Below are positions 1 to 12,643 of a stretch of 64,000 nt of DNA, in pieces. The position numbers were made by a program, and so were the translations under genes. The notes under the pieces were generated by a model. The model was given only the letters and a program-made list of their open reading frames with translations. It made no database searches and was not told the origin of the DNA. Source of the stretch: Octopus bimaculoides (lineage: Eukaryota); assembly GCF_001194135.2 (NCBI RefSeq), contig NC_068989.1:81175646-81239645 (forward strand). The letters are read 5' to 3'. Each line of letters opens with the position of its first letter. Positions within the stretch are counted from its first letter, which is position 1.

Positions 1-322
1 GAAATATATTACATGACTGGATGGTTATCCTGGTGCTAACCCTTACTTTTGTATGTAAGGTACCATATTTGATGACAAATAAAACATTTTTCTTTCCAAA
101 AAAATGTCTTGAACAAATCACCTTGGGTCCTATATGCAAATTCTGGTCTTCCATTAACCTTATTTAATGCACAAAAAAAACCCGGTTTTTTTCACCCAAA
201 TCAGCACTGCTGAAATTGCGATGCATTTGATAGGCCCATGCAGCTTTTATGCCATAAAACACAGAATATATATATTTTTTCATTTATGTGAAACTGCTGA
301 GCTACAGGACATATTATTTACA

Positions 323-678
323 GATGACTTCTGACCGAGACCTTTGGAAATATGCTGTGCGTGAGAAGACCCGGCAAGCCAAGTGAGACCTAAATCCAAG
401 GCCTCTGCCAGGGGTGTAGCCAGCCCACTAATGCGTACCTTTCCTTCATTTGACACTAAACTCCGCCTGACTGACCTTCGTGCCGGTGGCACGTAAAAGC
501 ACCCACTACACTCTCGGAGTGGTTGGCATTAGGAAGGGCATCCAGCTGTAGAAACTCTGCCAAATCAGATTGGAGCCTGGTGAAGCCATCGGGTTTCATC
601 AGTCCTCAGTCAAATCGTCCAACCCATGCTAGCATGGAAAGCAGACGTTAAACGACGACGATGATGATGATGATGATG
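323..678 (+). mobile_element. RTE-clade LINE 3' end with (GAT)n tail
   Basis: Encodes ...MTSDRDLWKYAVREKTRQAK*, followed by the 3' UTR shared with many copies here, ending gttaaacgacgacgatgatgat. Confidence 0.85.
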
Positions 679-877
679 TAACTGAGTGAATTGTTGCTCA
701 AACAGTTTTAAAGTGAAAACACACAGAAACTAACATGAGCACATACATATATATGCACAAACATACACTTTTATACAATTTGTAAATGAAAAGCTATAGG
801 CAAATTTGACAAGGACAGCCATTAAACTGACTACACAACAACATTATCATCATCATTTAATATCCATTTTCCATTCT

Positions 878-1193
878 TGCCAGTACCGCCTGACTGGCCT
901 TGTAGGGTTTTCGAGCGAGATCGTTGCCAGTGCCCCTGGACTGGCTCTTGTGCGGGTGGCACATAAAAGACACCATTTCGAGTATGGCCGTTTTCGTGCG
1001 GGTGACACGTAAAAGCACCCACTACACTCTCTGAGTGGTTGGCGTTAGGAAGGGCATCCAGCTGTAGAAACTCTGCCAAATTAGATTGGAGCCTGGTGTA
1101 GCCATCTGGTTGCACCAGTCCTCAGTCAAATCGTCCAACCCATGCTAGCATGGAAAGCGGACGTTAAACGATGATGATGATGATGATGATGAT
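878..1193 (+). mobile_element. RTE 3' UTR copy with (GAT)n tail
   Basis: Near-identical to 490-678; same tail. Confidence 0.85.
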
Positions 1194-1497
1194 ACTGGCA
1201 TAGGCTAGATGATATAACAGTGTCTGATGTGCCGCCAAACTGCATCAGCCTGAATGTCAGCTTTTGGATGGTTTCTGTAACCTGATGCCCTTCCTAATGC
1301 CAGCCACTTTACAGTGAGTGCTGGGTGTTGTTTTTCATGTCACTGACATAAGTGAAGTTGTCAAGTAACTTGCAAGACAAAGTAAAGTAAGAAAAAGGGA
1401 AAAGCCCTCTTAATTGAGTGGGCATGTATTTGAGGGATAGGAGTTGGGGCAAAAAAATAATATATCAGAATGTCAGAAGCCGGGAACTAAAGATTAC

Positions 1498-1687
1498 CCT
1501 CTTTTGGATATTGCTGTGGCATAAATCGGATACCTCTAGGATTGACGAAGTCACTGCTATTCACTGCAGGAGATGCTGGTGTTGGTGGTGAAGCAAATTC
1601 ATTTACTGATGGAATAGAGTCTGCATCATCTCCTGTTTCTGAAGGACAACTTTGTTCAGAGTTCAGTTCTGTTTCACTAATAGATTT
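1498..1687 (-). CDS. GBF1: GBF1 exon 10: KSISETELNS...SSDFVNPRGIRFMPQQYPKE
   Basis: DFVNPRGIRF matches the GBF1 motif DYVNPRGVRF. ttttgtattctcag| acceptor, G|GTAATC donor; 190 nt. The gene continues left of position 1. Confidence 0.95.
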
Positions 1688-1964
1688 CTGAGAATACAAA
1701 ATAAAAAACAGAAAAATTAACTAAGAAGAAATCATGAAATGAAATCTAAAAAAAAAATTTTTTTTTTCAATGTTTTGAAATTGAAACATTTGTTTGGCTT
1801 CAGCTTATTTTATAAGAATAAGTACTTCTAATTATATTCTAGTACTTCTAATTATACTTTAATATGTTATGGGTGTGACAAACTGGATGAACAGGTATCA
1901 TGGTAGAAGTAGGCAAAGGAAGATTTAAAAGGGAATCATTAAATCAGCTCTGAAGATTTTAAGC

Positions 1965-2006
<42 letters not shown>

Positions 2007-2534
2007 ATGATGCAGGATTATTGAAATGATGACTCATAAATTCAAGATTTCTAAATTTCTAGATATAGGCAACCCTGCATTACAGAAGTTTTGGGACATT
2101 CAGAGCAAACAGGGTGTATTGTCAAGATGGAATGTAAACATCACATCACTGTTTTGTACAGGCAGTGAAAAGTGAAGACATAAGTATCAACATTCAAGCA
2201 TATGCAGGCATACACACATACATGGTGCACTACCACTTCCACTCACAAAGCATTAGTTGATCTGAGGTAATAGTCAAGATGTTTGCATAGGGTGTCACAC
2301 AATCAGACACAACTTGAAACTACATAGTTATGAAGTGGACTCAGTACTCACTCAGCTATGCTGGCACCTAGAGCCTAACTGCGACATGAACAATTAAAAT
2401 TTGTGTAGATGTAAGGATGAGAGTGAATGCAGGTATAAACATAGATTATGACAGACAAATGCTGTGCACCGTCAGCCGATGAGGCTGGACATAGAGTAAG
2501 ACATGGCAAGAAATGGTGAAGAGTTAGGAGCAGG

Positions 2535-2880
2535 CATGGCTGTGTGGTAAAACATTTGGTTTGTAGCCACATGGCTTTGGATACAGTCCTACTGCACAGC
2601 ACTCTAGGCAAGTGTCTTCTATTATAGCCCTGGGCTGACCAAAGCCTTGTAAGTGGATTTTCTAGAAAGAAACTTGTTATGTATGTATGTGTGCGTGTTT
2701 GTTTGCTCCCCATCACCACTTGCCAACTGGTGATGGTTTGTTTATGCTTCCCTGAATCAATATTTCAGTAAAACAGACCAACGGAATAAGTAGCAGATTT
2801 CAAAAATAAGTACTGGGATTGATTTGTTTAAAAGCAGTGACCCAGACCCAACATGGCCACAGTCCAAAGACTGAAACAAA
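2535..2880 (+). mobile_element. tRNA-derived SINE, family A (degenerate)
   Basis: catggctgtgtggtaaaa...aaagccttgt...catggccacagtc...gactgaaac; homologous to 32817-33380. Confidence 0.75.
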
Positions 2881-3162
2881 AGAGAAAAGACAAAAGATGT
2901 GTGCATGTTCACATGTATATACGTAAATGCCATTCCACATGTTCTCGTTAACACTGACTGATTGTAAGCAGTCCTACAGTTAAGGACCAATCAAATGAAA
3001 AAAAAAAAAAAATAATACCTTATTTAGAAAACAACTGAGGATGAGCAACAAGAAGAGGTCTAGCTGAAGAAATCTTACCTCAACAAGTTTCATCTAACCC
3101 ATGCATACATGGGAAAATGGATGTGAAACTGAACAAAACTGATGATAGTAATAATAAAACAT

Positions 3163-3541
3163 GTTGGCACTCCGTCGCTTACGACGCCGAGGGTTCCAAT
3201 TGATCCGATCAATGGAACAGCCTGCTCGTGAAATTAACGTGCAAGTGGCTGAGCACTCCACAGACACGTGTACCCTTAACGTAATTCTCGGGGATATTCA
3301 ACGTGACACAGTGTGACAAGGCTGACCCTTTGAATTACAGGCACAACAGAAACAGGAAGTAAGAGTGAGAGAAAGTTGTGGTGGAAGAGTACAGCAGGGT
3401 TCGCCACCATCCCCTGCCAGAGCCTCGTGGAGCTTTAGGTGTTTTCGCTCAATAAACACTCACAACGCCCGGTCTGGGAATCGAAACCGTGATCCTATGA
3501 CCGCGAGTCCGCTGCCCAAACCACTGGGCCATTGCACCTCC
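3163..3541 (-). mobile_element. tRNA-derived SINE, family C, full length
   Basis: Pol III A/B-box-like head; 14-bp TSD TAATAATAAAACAT (3149-3162 and 3542-3555); homologous to 56583-56977. Confidence 0.9.
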
Positions 3542-3691
3542 TAATAATAAAACATAACAATACAAAAAAATGCAACTAAAGATAAATATATATTTTTTAA
3601 AAAACTGTTAAAAGTGCAAAGGACTTACATGAACATTTGTTGGCCTTGAAACATTTAAACGTTCTTGGCTTGATGATATAGAATTACATAC

Positions 3692-3808
3692 TTCTTGTTC
3701 AGGTTCTCTGGAATCATCTTTATCTAAAGATACTTCTTCTTCAGTTTCTAGTTGTTTTTCTTCTGATATAGTATATCTTGCGTCAAAGCTTTCTTTATCA
3801 GATGCTTC
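3692..3808 (-). CDS. GBF1: GBF1 exon 9: EASDKESFDARYTISEEKQLETEEEVSLDKDDSREPEQE
   Basis: gtgtttttgaatctag| acceptor, GAA|GTATGT donor; 117 nt, phase 0 to 0. Acidic composition fits the linker, but it is not recognisably conserved. Confidence 0.8.
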
Positions 3809-4364
3809 CTAGATTCAAAAACACACGAATACAGCATCTTTCAAAACATGGTCAAAGAGATCCTTACAAAGCACAAAATGAAGACAGTGTCTACGCAAAC
3901 ATCAACTTCTAATTGATATCATCACTGATAAACTACTGTAAATACTTAGTAAATGCAACGCATAAAAGAATCATATATTTTAAGACTAATGACTTGTAGG
4001 TATATGGTATTTTGTGATGCAACCATAATATATCATAAAGTATATTAAACGTTTTTATAAGCTAATACCACGTTCTACTGATATTCTATAGAAATTATAG
4101 CCAGCACTGATTTTTGTCACTATGTTTTGTATAGGAGACGTCAGGTGTAAACAAACAATGAGATCGAAGATGAAAAATGGGTAATGGATGCCTATGGGTG
4201 TATATTGGGTACCGGTGTTTCTCCTTTCGCTACCCACTGTCTTCGGAACTTGACATTTCTATAGAGAACCCATTTCTCACCACCAGTCACTCTTCAATCC
4301 AAAAAAGGTTCATTCGTGAGACGTGACATCGAAGAAGAGCACACACTCACTTTTGCAGTTCGGC

Positions 4365-4495
4365 AAAAGAGACCGATAGAATAAGTACTAGGCTTACAAA
4401 GAATAAGTCCTGGGGATCGATTTTCACGACTAAAGGTGGTGCTCCAGCATGGCCACAGTCAAATAACAGAAACAATTAAAAGAGTAAAAGAGTAA
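4365..4495 (+). mobile_element. SINE family A, 3' half
   Basis: gcaaaagagaccgatagaataagtactagg...aaaagagtaaaagag tail. Confidence 0.8.
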
Positions 4496-4892
4496 ACACA
4501 TATACACTCACTCAAATATATAAATATATTTTACACAAAAACACACATACACACAAACATTCACATTCCTCCCTTTTACACGTACACACACACTCACACA
4601 AAGTTGAAGCCCTGATTGATTTTTGTTTCACTGATGACTTTTCACCCTCCCACTTCTATCGGTGGATCACCCCTTCCTTTCTAATTCATATGTTGTGACA
4701 GAGAAATACGTAAGAGTATTATTATAGTAGAAAATACACAACGCACTTTTGCAACTTCCTCTCAGTCATGGCTATTACTCTCACAACTTCTCCTTCACTG
4801 AATTACTATTTTCTCTCCTCTTCCTTCACCATTCACTCCGACTGTGTGATTTTGGACAAATATATTTATACGCAAATATAAAAACACTACGC

Positions 4893-4923
<31 letters not shown>

Positions 4924-4929
4924 GAACAT

Positions 4930-5805
4930 TAGAAGCATCAGTTGTGGTGTGCAAGAGAGACGATTGCGCTGGTATGGACATGTGGTGAGAATGGATGAGG
5001 ATAGCTGCGTGAAAAAGTGCCACACCCTAACAGTTGAGGGAACCCGTGGAAGAGGTAGGCCCAGGAAGACCTGGGCTGAGGTGGTGAGGCAAGACCTTCG
5101 TACATTGGGCCTCACCNNNNNNNNNNNNNNNNNNNNNNNNNNNNNNNNNNNNNNNNNNNNNNNNNNNNNNNNNNNNNNNNNNNNNNNNNNNNNNNNNNNN
5201 NNNNNNNNNNNNNNNNNNNNNNNNNNNNNNNNNNNNNNNNNNNNNNNNNNNNNNNNNNNNNNNNNNNNNNNNNNNNNNNNNNNNNNNNNNNNNNNNNNNN
5301 NNNNNNNNNNNNNNNNNNNNNNNNNNNNNNNNNNNNNNNNNNNNNNNNNNNNNNNNNNNNNNNNNNNNNNNNNNNNNNNNNNNNNNNNNNNNNNNNNNNN
5401 NNNNNNNNNNNNNNNNNNNNNNNNNNNNNNNNNNNNNNNNNNNNNNNNNNNNNNNNNNNNNNNNNNNNNNNNNNNNNNNNNNNNNNNNNNNNNNNNNNNN
5501 NNNNNNNNNNNNNNNNNNNNNNNNNNNNNNNNNNNNNNNNNNNNNNNNNNNNNNNNNNNNNNNNNNNNNNNNNNNNNNNNNNNNNNNNNNNNNNNNNNNN
5601 NNNNNNNNNNNNNNNNNNNNNNNNNNNNNNNNNNNNNNNNNNNNNNNNNNNNNNNNNNNNNNNNNNNNNNNNNNNNNNNNNNNNNNNNNNNNNNNNNNNN
5701 NNNNNNNNNNNNNNNNNNNNNNNNNNNNNNNNNNNNNNNNNNNNNNNNNNNNGCTAGCATGGAAAGCGGACGTTAAACGATGATGATGATGATGATGATG
5801 ATGAT
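4930..5805 (+). mobile_element. RTE LINE C-terminal ORF and 3' end, spanning a gap
   Basis: RSISCGVQERRLRWYGHVVRMDEDSCVKKC...GRGRPRKTW is a typical RTE C-terminus; (GAT)n tail after the gap. Confidence 0.85.
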
Positions 5806-6065
5806 ATATATATAACAATTGCAGCGTGGAAGGTGTTTATAAGCCATTTAAGAAACACACAAGAGATGCAGCACGGAATTTTGTCAGTGAACAGGTCGCT
5901 GTCTCAAAGTGACGAAAATAATTTGGCAAATTAAATTTAAATGTTGAAGTGAATCTAACGGTTTTTGTGTGTTTCTTAAATGGCTTATAAACACCTTCCA
6001 TGCTGCAATTGTTTTCGTTCCAGCACACAATCACAGATCAGGTCGCTTGCTATGCAAGTACATCT

Positions 6066-6108
<43 letters not shown>

Positions 6109-6598
6109 TATACATACATATACGCACACACCACACACACACAATAAACATACAGATAGACAGCTCTTTTAGCTGTTTAGTCCTAGGTCTTCCCTGATGG
6201 AAGAGACATTAAAGAGGTTTGATATGTCATCTTGTCAAAGATGCAATAATTATATTTTTTTTACAAAAAAGGAGATTGGGAGAATATATTAGGAGCATCT
6301 AAAGATAATTAATCAAAAGAATTATTATTATTATTATTAGTGCTGTTGGTATTAGTATAAGAAGCAGCAATCAGCAAACTCCATGCAATATTGATGATTA
6401 AATAGCAGCATTCTGCTATTTTACTGCTTTCAGTCATTGCATACTGGCCATACTGGAGATTTTAGTCACCATTTTATCATCAACATTATCATTTAACATC
6501 TGTCTTCCATGCTACCATATGTTGGATGGTTTAACAGGATCTAACAAGCCAGATGACTGTTTTGGCATGGTTTCTATAGCTGGATATCCTACCTAAAA

Positions 6599-6630
<32 letters not shown>

Positions 6631-7204
6631 NNNNNNNNNNNNNNNNNNNNNNNNNNNNNNNNNNNNNNNNNNNNNNNNNNNNNNNNNNNNNNNNNNNNNN
6701 NNNNNNNNNNNNNNNNNNNNNNNNNNNNNNNNNNNNNNNNNNNNNNNNNNNNNNNNNNNNNNNNNNNNNNNNNNNNNNNNNNNNNNNNNNNNNNNNNNNN
6801 NNNNNNNNNNNNNNNNNNNNNNNNNNNNNNNNNNNNNNNNNNNNNNNNNNNNNNNNNNNNNNNNNNNNNNNNNNNNNNNNNNNNNNNNNNNNNNNNNNNN
6901 NNNNNNNNNNNNNNNNNNNNNNNNNNNNNNNNNNNNNNNNNNNNNNNNNNNNNNNNNNNNNNNNNNNNNNNNNNNNNNNNNNNNNNNNNNNNNNNNNNNN
7001 NNNNNNNNNNNNNNNNNNNNNNNNNNNNNNNNNNNNNNNNNNNNNNNNNNNNNNNNNNNNNNNNNNNNNNNNNNNNNNNNNNNNNNNNNNNNNNNNNNNN
7101 NNNNNNNNNNNNNNNNNNNNNNNNNNNNNNNNNNNNNNNNNNNNNNNNNNNNNNNNNNNNNNNNNNNNNNNNNNNNNNNNNNNNNNNNNNNNNNNNNNNN
7201 NNNN

Positions 7205-7620
7205 CACGCCAGGCGAAATGCTTAGCAGTATTTTGTCTGCAGCTACGTTCTGAGTTCAAATTCCACCGAGGTCAACTTTGCCTTTCATCCTTTCGGGGTC
7301 GATGAATTAAGTACCAGTTATGCACTGGGGTCGATGTAATCGACTTAATCCCTTTGGCTGTCCTTATTTGTCCCTTCTATGTTTCGCCCCTTGTGGGCAA
7401 TAAAGAAATAAGGAATGTTAGCATGTCAGGCGAAATGCTTAGCGGTATTTTGTCTGTTTTTACGTTCTGAGTTCAAATTCCGCCAAGGTCGACTTTGCCT
7501 TTCATCCTTTTAGGGTTGATAAATTAAGTACCAGTTGCGTACTGGAGTCCATCTAATCAACTGGCCCCCTCCCACAAAATTTCAGGCATTGTGCCTAGAG
7601 TAGAAAAGAATATCCTTCTT
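7205..7620 (+). mobile_element. Two head-to-tail SINE family B copies
   Basis: ggcgaaatgcttagc...ttctgagttcaaattcc...ctttgcctttcatcc...taagtaccagtt occurs twice. Confidence 0.85.
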
Positions 7621-8079
7621 CTGTGCTGGTATGAGTTGGATGGCTTGATAGAATCCAACAAGGGTTGTGCCCTATTTTAAAGTCTGCTTTGGTATGTATT
7701 TTATGGCTAGATACCCTTCCTAATACTTTTCAATGCAATGGGTACATTCTTTTTCCTAGTACCTGGGTGGAGGTAGCAAAAGTATAGGGAGAGTGAGGAA
7801 TGGTTAGAGATGGGGTAAGGGTATAAATATAGTGAATGATGAACATGGGTTGAGGCAGTGTGTGTNNNNNNNNNNNNNNNNNNNNNNNNNNNNNNNNNNN
7901 NNNNNNNNNNNNNNNNNNNNNNNNNNNNNNNNNNNNNNNNNNNNNNNNNNNNNNNNNNNGGGGGGGGGGGGGGAAAGGTAGTCAATGGTAAATATGAGTG
8001 TGATGGAAAGTAAAGAAGAGTAGATAACAGCTAGAAAATGGGAAACGTGTGTGTGTGTGTGCATATTATATCATCATCA

Positions 8080-8345
8080 TCAATTAACATGCATTTTCCT
8101 TTCTGGCAGGGTTGGACAGTTTGACAGGAGCTAATAAGGCCAGGAGCTGCAGTAGGCTCCATTGTTTTGGTATGGTTTCTATGGCTGGATGCCCTTCCTA
8201 ATGCCAACCACTTTATAGAGCATACTGGGTGCTTTTTACGTGGTACCAGTACCAGTGCTATTTATATGGTGCCAACACCAGTGTTTTTTACATGGCACCA
8301 GTGCTTTTTATGTGGCACCAACACTTTTTACATGGCACTAGTGCC
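8080..8345 (-). mobile_element. Degenerate RTE 3' UTR with an internal ~22-bp tandem array
   Basis: ggctggatgcccttcctaatgccaacc followed by repeated gtgctttttacgtggcacca-like units. Confidence 0.65.
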
Positions 8346-9031
8346 AGTGCATGTTACGTAGCACATACCCTTTTATCTGTCAGTCTGTCAACTGAATTGT
8401 CACCATTATACGTGATGGGGTTTTACACAATTTCCATTTACCAAATTCCACTTACATAATATTGGTCAACCCAATGCTACAGTAGAAGACACTTGCTCAC
8501 ATTGTTATTTAGTGAACTTCTTAACCACACAGCCATGCTTGCAGTCAATGTTGAATAAAGCAATTAGATCGAAGGGATAATACATGACTCATCAAAGTAA
8601 ATGAAAATTAAAAAAATAACCAATTGATAATTGCTAATTAATAATGAAAAAAAGAGAGTAAGATGCAAGCTAGTCAGGATCCAGAAAATATATGAACTCC
8701 ATATAAACTGAAGTTGCATAGTTAAGGACTTTAATATATAAACGAGAGGTTAGTTTTGCAAATAAAAATTCAAATGATAAGAACTGAAAATTCCCAAAAC
8801 AAAGAAAAATTGTATTAGAGAAACAAAAATAAAATGTCCAAAAGAAAAATCTTCCCCACAAGCAGATAATACCAAGAGCAGCAAAAAACAAAAATTAAAA
8901 AGGGACCAATTTGGGAGCAAGACAAATAAAAATAAATTAAATTGAAAAAGAGTGAGTGTATGTTTTTAGAATGGGTATATCAGGGAAAGTGTTTTTAATA
9001 TTTTGTTTTTTAATGCAATTCTCATAGTTAC

Positions 9032-9049
9032 CTCCAGCTCAGAATCTTG
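9032..9049 (-). CDS. GBF1: Candidate alternative 18-nt microexon of GBF1 (QDSELE)
   Basis: Minus strand reads tttcatatttttttttacaattccaTGCttttttacag|CAAGATTCTGAGCTGGAG|gtaact. Frame-preserving in a phase-0 intron. No transcript evidence. Confidence 0.6.
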
Positions 9050-10137
9050 CTGTAAAAAAGCATGGAATTGTAAAAAAAAATATGAAATATTCCTTCTAGA
9101 CTAAATTCGATGGAAATATGTATAGTTGCAATTGCCACTAGGCTAATAACAGAAAAATATTCAGCATGATGTTGAGAAAATTAAAAAACAATGTCTTAAA
9201 TAAAAAGAAATAACACACATTCAACTTGCTAATTAGAACCATATTAAAAATGATGATGTGTATTAAATTATCTGGATCTTCAAACTTATTCTCTCTCTCT
9301 CCCTCTCCTGATGTGCACAGCAAAGGCAATAGACTGCGACAATATTTTCAGTCTCTATATTTTGTTAAAAACTGATAAAAGTTATTTAATTAGCTGGATA
9401 CTGAGTAGAAATGTGCATTATAAATTTTAGCTGTCCATGTATACTGCATAAATTGTAGATGGTTATTTATATATTTCTTTTTGACTGTTTTACCCGACAC
9501 CTCATCCAACTGGTTGAGTGAGCTATAATTTAGAGCAATTATGTAAATTAGTAAAGTATTTTGAGTAAAAACAAAAAAGAGCATGTTTTCCCAAACATAA
9601 AGAAAAAAAAACAAGAGTAAAATTATATTTTAGGTTTGATATCTTCTGTTTTTGTTTCTCCAAATTTTTATGCAGCCCAACTTGAACCATCTTAATTTCA
9701 TGAAAGCAACAATCCGGAATCTATCAAAGTTTCTAGATTAAATAAGCAAAAATGATTTCTTTTGACGATGCTAATTTTTAATGGAATGTCAATATTTGAA
9801 TTGATTTCAATATATGACTGGTATCTATTTTGTTTGATTAACCTTGAGGTAAATTAAGCTCAGATGGACGAGATTACACACTGCAAATCATTTAATCCAG
9901 GGCTCTGCTATTTTGGCCCAAGTTTCACTCCTGCTTTATCTGATCTTTCACTTGATTCAGTCAGAGAACCCCTTTAAGGAATTTTACTTGAACAAATTGA
10001 ACCCAGTATTTATTTTTATTTTTTCAAGACTGTTACTTATTCTACCAATTCTCTTTTGCCAAACTGCTAAGTTACAGGTATGTAAGCACATCAACTGCTT
10101 GGCAACTAGGATATATATAAAAATGACAGGCTTCTTT

Positions 10138-10520
10138 CAGTTTCCTATTTCTTTATTGCCCACAGGGGGCTAAACATAGAGGGGACAAACAAGGACAGAC
10201 AAACGGATTAAGTCGATTATATTGACCCCAGTGCATAACTGGTACTTAATTTATTGACCTCGAAAGGATGAAAGGCAAAGTCAACCTCGGCGGAGTTTGA
10301 ACTCAGAACGTAAAGACAAACAAAATACTGCTAAGCATTTCGCCTGATGTGCTCGCCGCCTTTCAGGCTTCTTTCAGTTTCTGCCAACCAAATCCACTCA
10401 CAAGGCTTTGGCCAGGCTAAGGCTATAGTCTACAATAGACACTTGCCCAAGGTGCCATGCAGTGGGATTGAAACCAGAACCATGTGATTGGGAAACAAAC
10501 TTCTTACCACACAGCCATGT
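10138..10520 (-). mobile_element. Adjacent SINE family B (10138-10365) and family A head (10366-10520)
   Basis: Reverse complements of the family motifs above. Confidence 0.8.
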
Positions 10521-11002
10521 CAAACAATTCTTAACAGTTGAAAACAGTATTTCCTATCCAAACTATAATTTATTTGGGTCCTAAAAAATAGTGAATCAGA
10601 GATCAGTAGATGTCTAACAAAATTCAAACTGCATGATTTACATGAAATAATCAGCTGCCAATTTAAACACAAGCTTCAAGATATTTATCTTTGAAAGTAA
10701 ACATGTTGCTTAACTGCACTGTAGATATCACAAACAGATTGCTGCAGCAAATAAGTTGCTATGAACTAGGCCTTTGCTCTATTTCTAACTATCTGTATTC
10801 AACACCAAAATATAATTTTTACTTCATTAATTTTGATTTTGAAGCTTTAGTCTACTTTTCTCAGGTGGACTTATAGCACAAAAATAGCTAACTAATGGAT
10901 TGTATCATTTGCATTTTGTAGGTATGACCATCTAATCATGTTCTAAGATCTAAGACTTAAAATATAGATTCACTTTAATGATAATGATTTGGCTACTACA
11001 CG

Positions 11003-11260
11003 GATGGCCAGGTGGTTAAGGTGTTGCACTCACAACTGCAAGATCATGGTTTTGATTCCTGGACTGGGTGTTGCATTGTGTTCTTGAGCAAATCGCTTCT
11101 TTTCATATTGCTCCAGGCCACTCAGCTATAAATAAGTAACACCGTGACAGACTGGCATCTCATTTAGGGAGATATGTTGCCATCTCGGTCACATGTATGC
11201 CATGGAAACCAGGTAACTGGTCCTATGAGTCCTGGGATTTGAGACAGTAACATCCATAGT
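11003..11260 (+). mobile_element. tRNA-derived SINE, family D (degenerate)
   Basis: tggccaggtggttaagg...tgattcc...gtgttcttgagca...ttgctccag..cactcagct; homologous to 28322-28672. Confidence 0.65.
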
Positions 11261-11968
11261 TTGATGATGATGGTGATAATATTACATGGAACAAATTGTG
11301 ACCTATGCACAAGTTATCCTGTTAATTCACGTGTAGGAGATTAATCTCCTTGGCAACAACTGAAATATGTAATCAAACAGATCAAGTGACTATAAAAAGA
11401 ACAAACATGCTCAGAAAAAACAAAAGTCTAACAAGTTACTTGCAAAGAAAACCCCATTTCTACTTCTGCTGTCTGTTATGATTCTATTAGTTATATATTA
11501 AAAAATAAATCATTAAGAACAATGTTTTCATATAAACATTTTAATAGGTTTACATTTGCTTTCCTATATCAGTATGAATTAGATGGTTCTTCAAACATGA
11601 CTATATAAAATGAATAACAATGTTGAAGTTAAACAAAAAGTGAACCGGAAGCTAGAAATTATTTAACTTAATCTGCTGCCGTGAATGAAGAATCTAAATT
11701 ATTCTAACTTTTAAACAGTGTTGTATGTTCATCAGTGTAGAGCATATAAAGGGTGAATACACATCAAGGTCTTACTGATGCAAGGACTCTAATTCTTGTA
11801 GGGCTAAAGATGACTACAGAATTAATCAGGAAGTATCAAAATGAGAAGAAAAATAAACAAGATAAGCTATGAAATAGAATATTTCCTCTTTGGTGGGAAG
11901 TAAATTTTGAATATGGTTCAGTTCACATTACTCCATAAGGAGCAAAGGGCTGGTTTCCCAGTTTCTCT

Positions 11969-12003
<35 letters not shown>

Positions 12004-12190
12004 CCTTGGATGGGAAGCCAGTCCATCACAGGATAATTTTGAATATACTACATATGTTATTGTGTTATTAAAAAAAAAAAAAAGGTAGTGTAGTATTTTG
12101 CTTGAGAATGCTTTGAAATGCTATGTAGTTGAAGCAAACAGAAATAGATTTTCTGAATCTATCAAATACTTTAGAAAAACAAATGAATAC

Positions 12191-12643
12191 CTGAAAGCTG
12201 TTATTGATATCAATTACAGTTTTTTCCATTGGTAAAGCAGCAGGCGTCGTGGCTATGATTTCATCTGGTGCAGTTTCATGGACACCGTCGGATGACTGAA
12301 CTGATTCAGAAAGTTCACTTTCATTATTTAAGTCTTTGATCTTCCTATCACTTTCAATTCTGTTTTCCTCTGCACTAGTTTCATTTGTTACTGATGCATT
12401 GGTTGGAGAAGTAGTAGTTGTGGCTGTTATTGTGGATGATGAAGATGATGATCCCGATACTGGTGTCCCTATAGAAACTGGTGCAGATGAAGTATTCCCA
12501 TTCTTTATGCATTCATTGCTCTGCCGTGTGATCTGTGGATGCATTGAAGCATGTTGAGAGTTCATTTTGTCATGTTTCCGCTTGGGTGAGCGTTTCTTTT
12601 TGCCCATCCGTGATGGTTCAACACTGCCAGTCCTCATCTTTAG
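12191..12643 (-). CDS. GBF1: GBF1 exon 8: LKMRTGSVEPSRMGKKKRSPKRK...EKTVIDINNSFQ (Ser/Thr/acidic linker, 151 aa)
   Basis: Starts LKMR as in human GBF1. CAG| acceptor, CAG|GTATTC donor; 453 nt, open, phase 0 to 0. Confidence 0.93.

Noticed and set aside
3074-3130. Strong minus-strand donor GAG|GTAAGA in intron 9
   Set aside because: The upstream segment is a degenerate RTE tail and gives no convincing frame-preserving exon.
3163-3541. tRNA gene-like A and B boxes (also at 56583 and 28322)
   Set aside because: These are SINE heads: no cloverleaf, and they continue into repeat bodies (with TSDs at 3163 and 56583).
4795-7985. Long ORFs in the track with X runs (also near 17-18 kb, 33 kb and 48 kb)
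   Set aside because: Artefacts of N gaps with no stop codons; the flanks are repeats or microsatellites.
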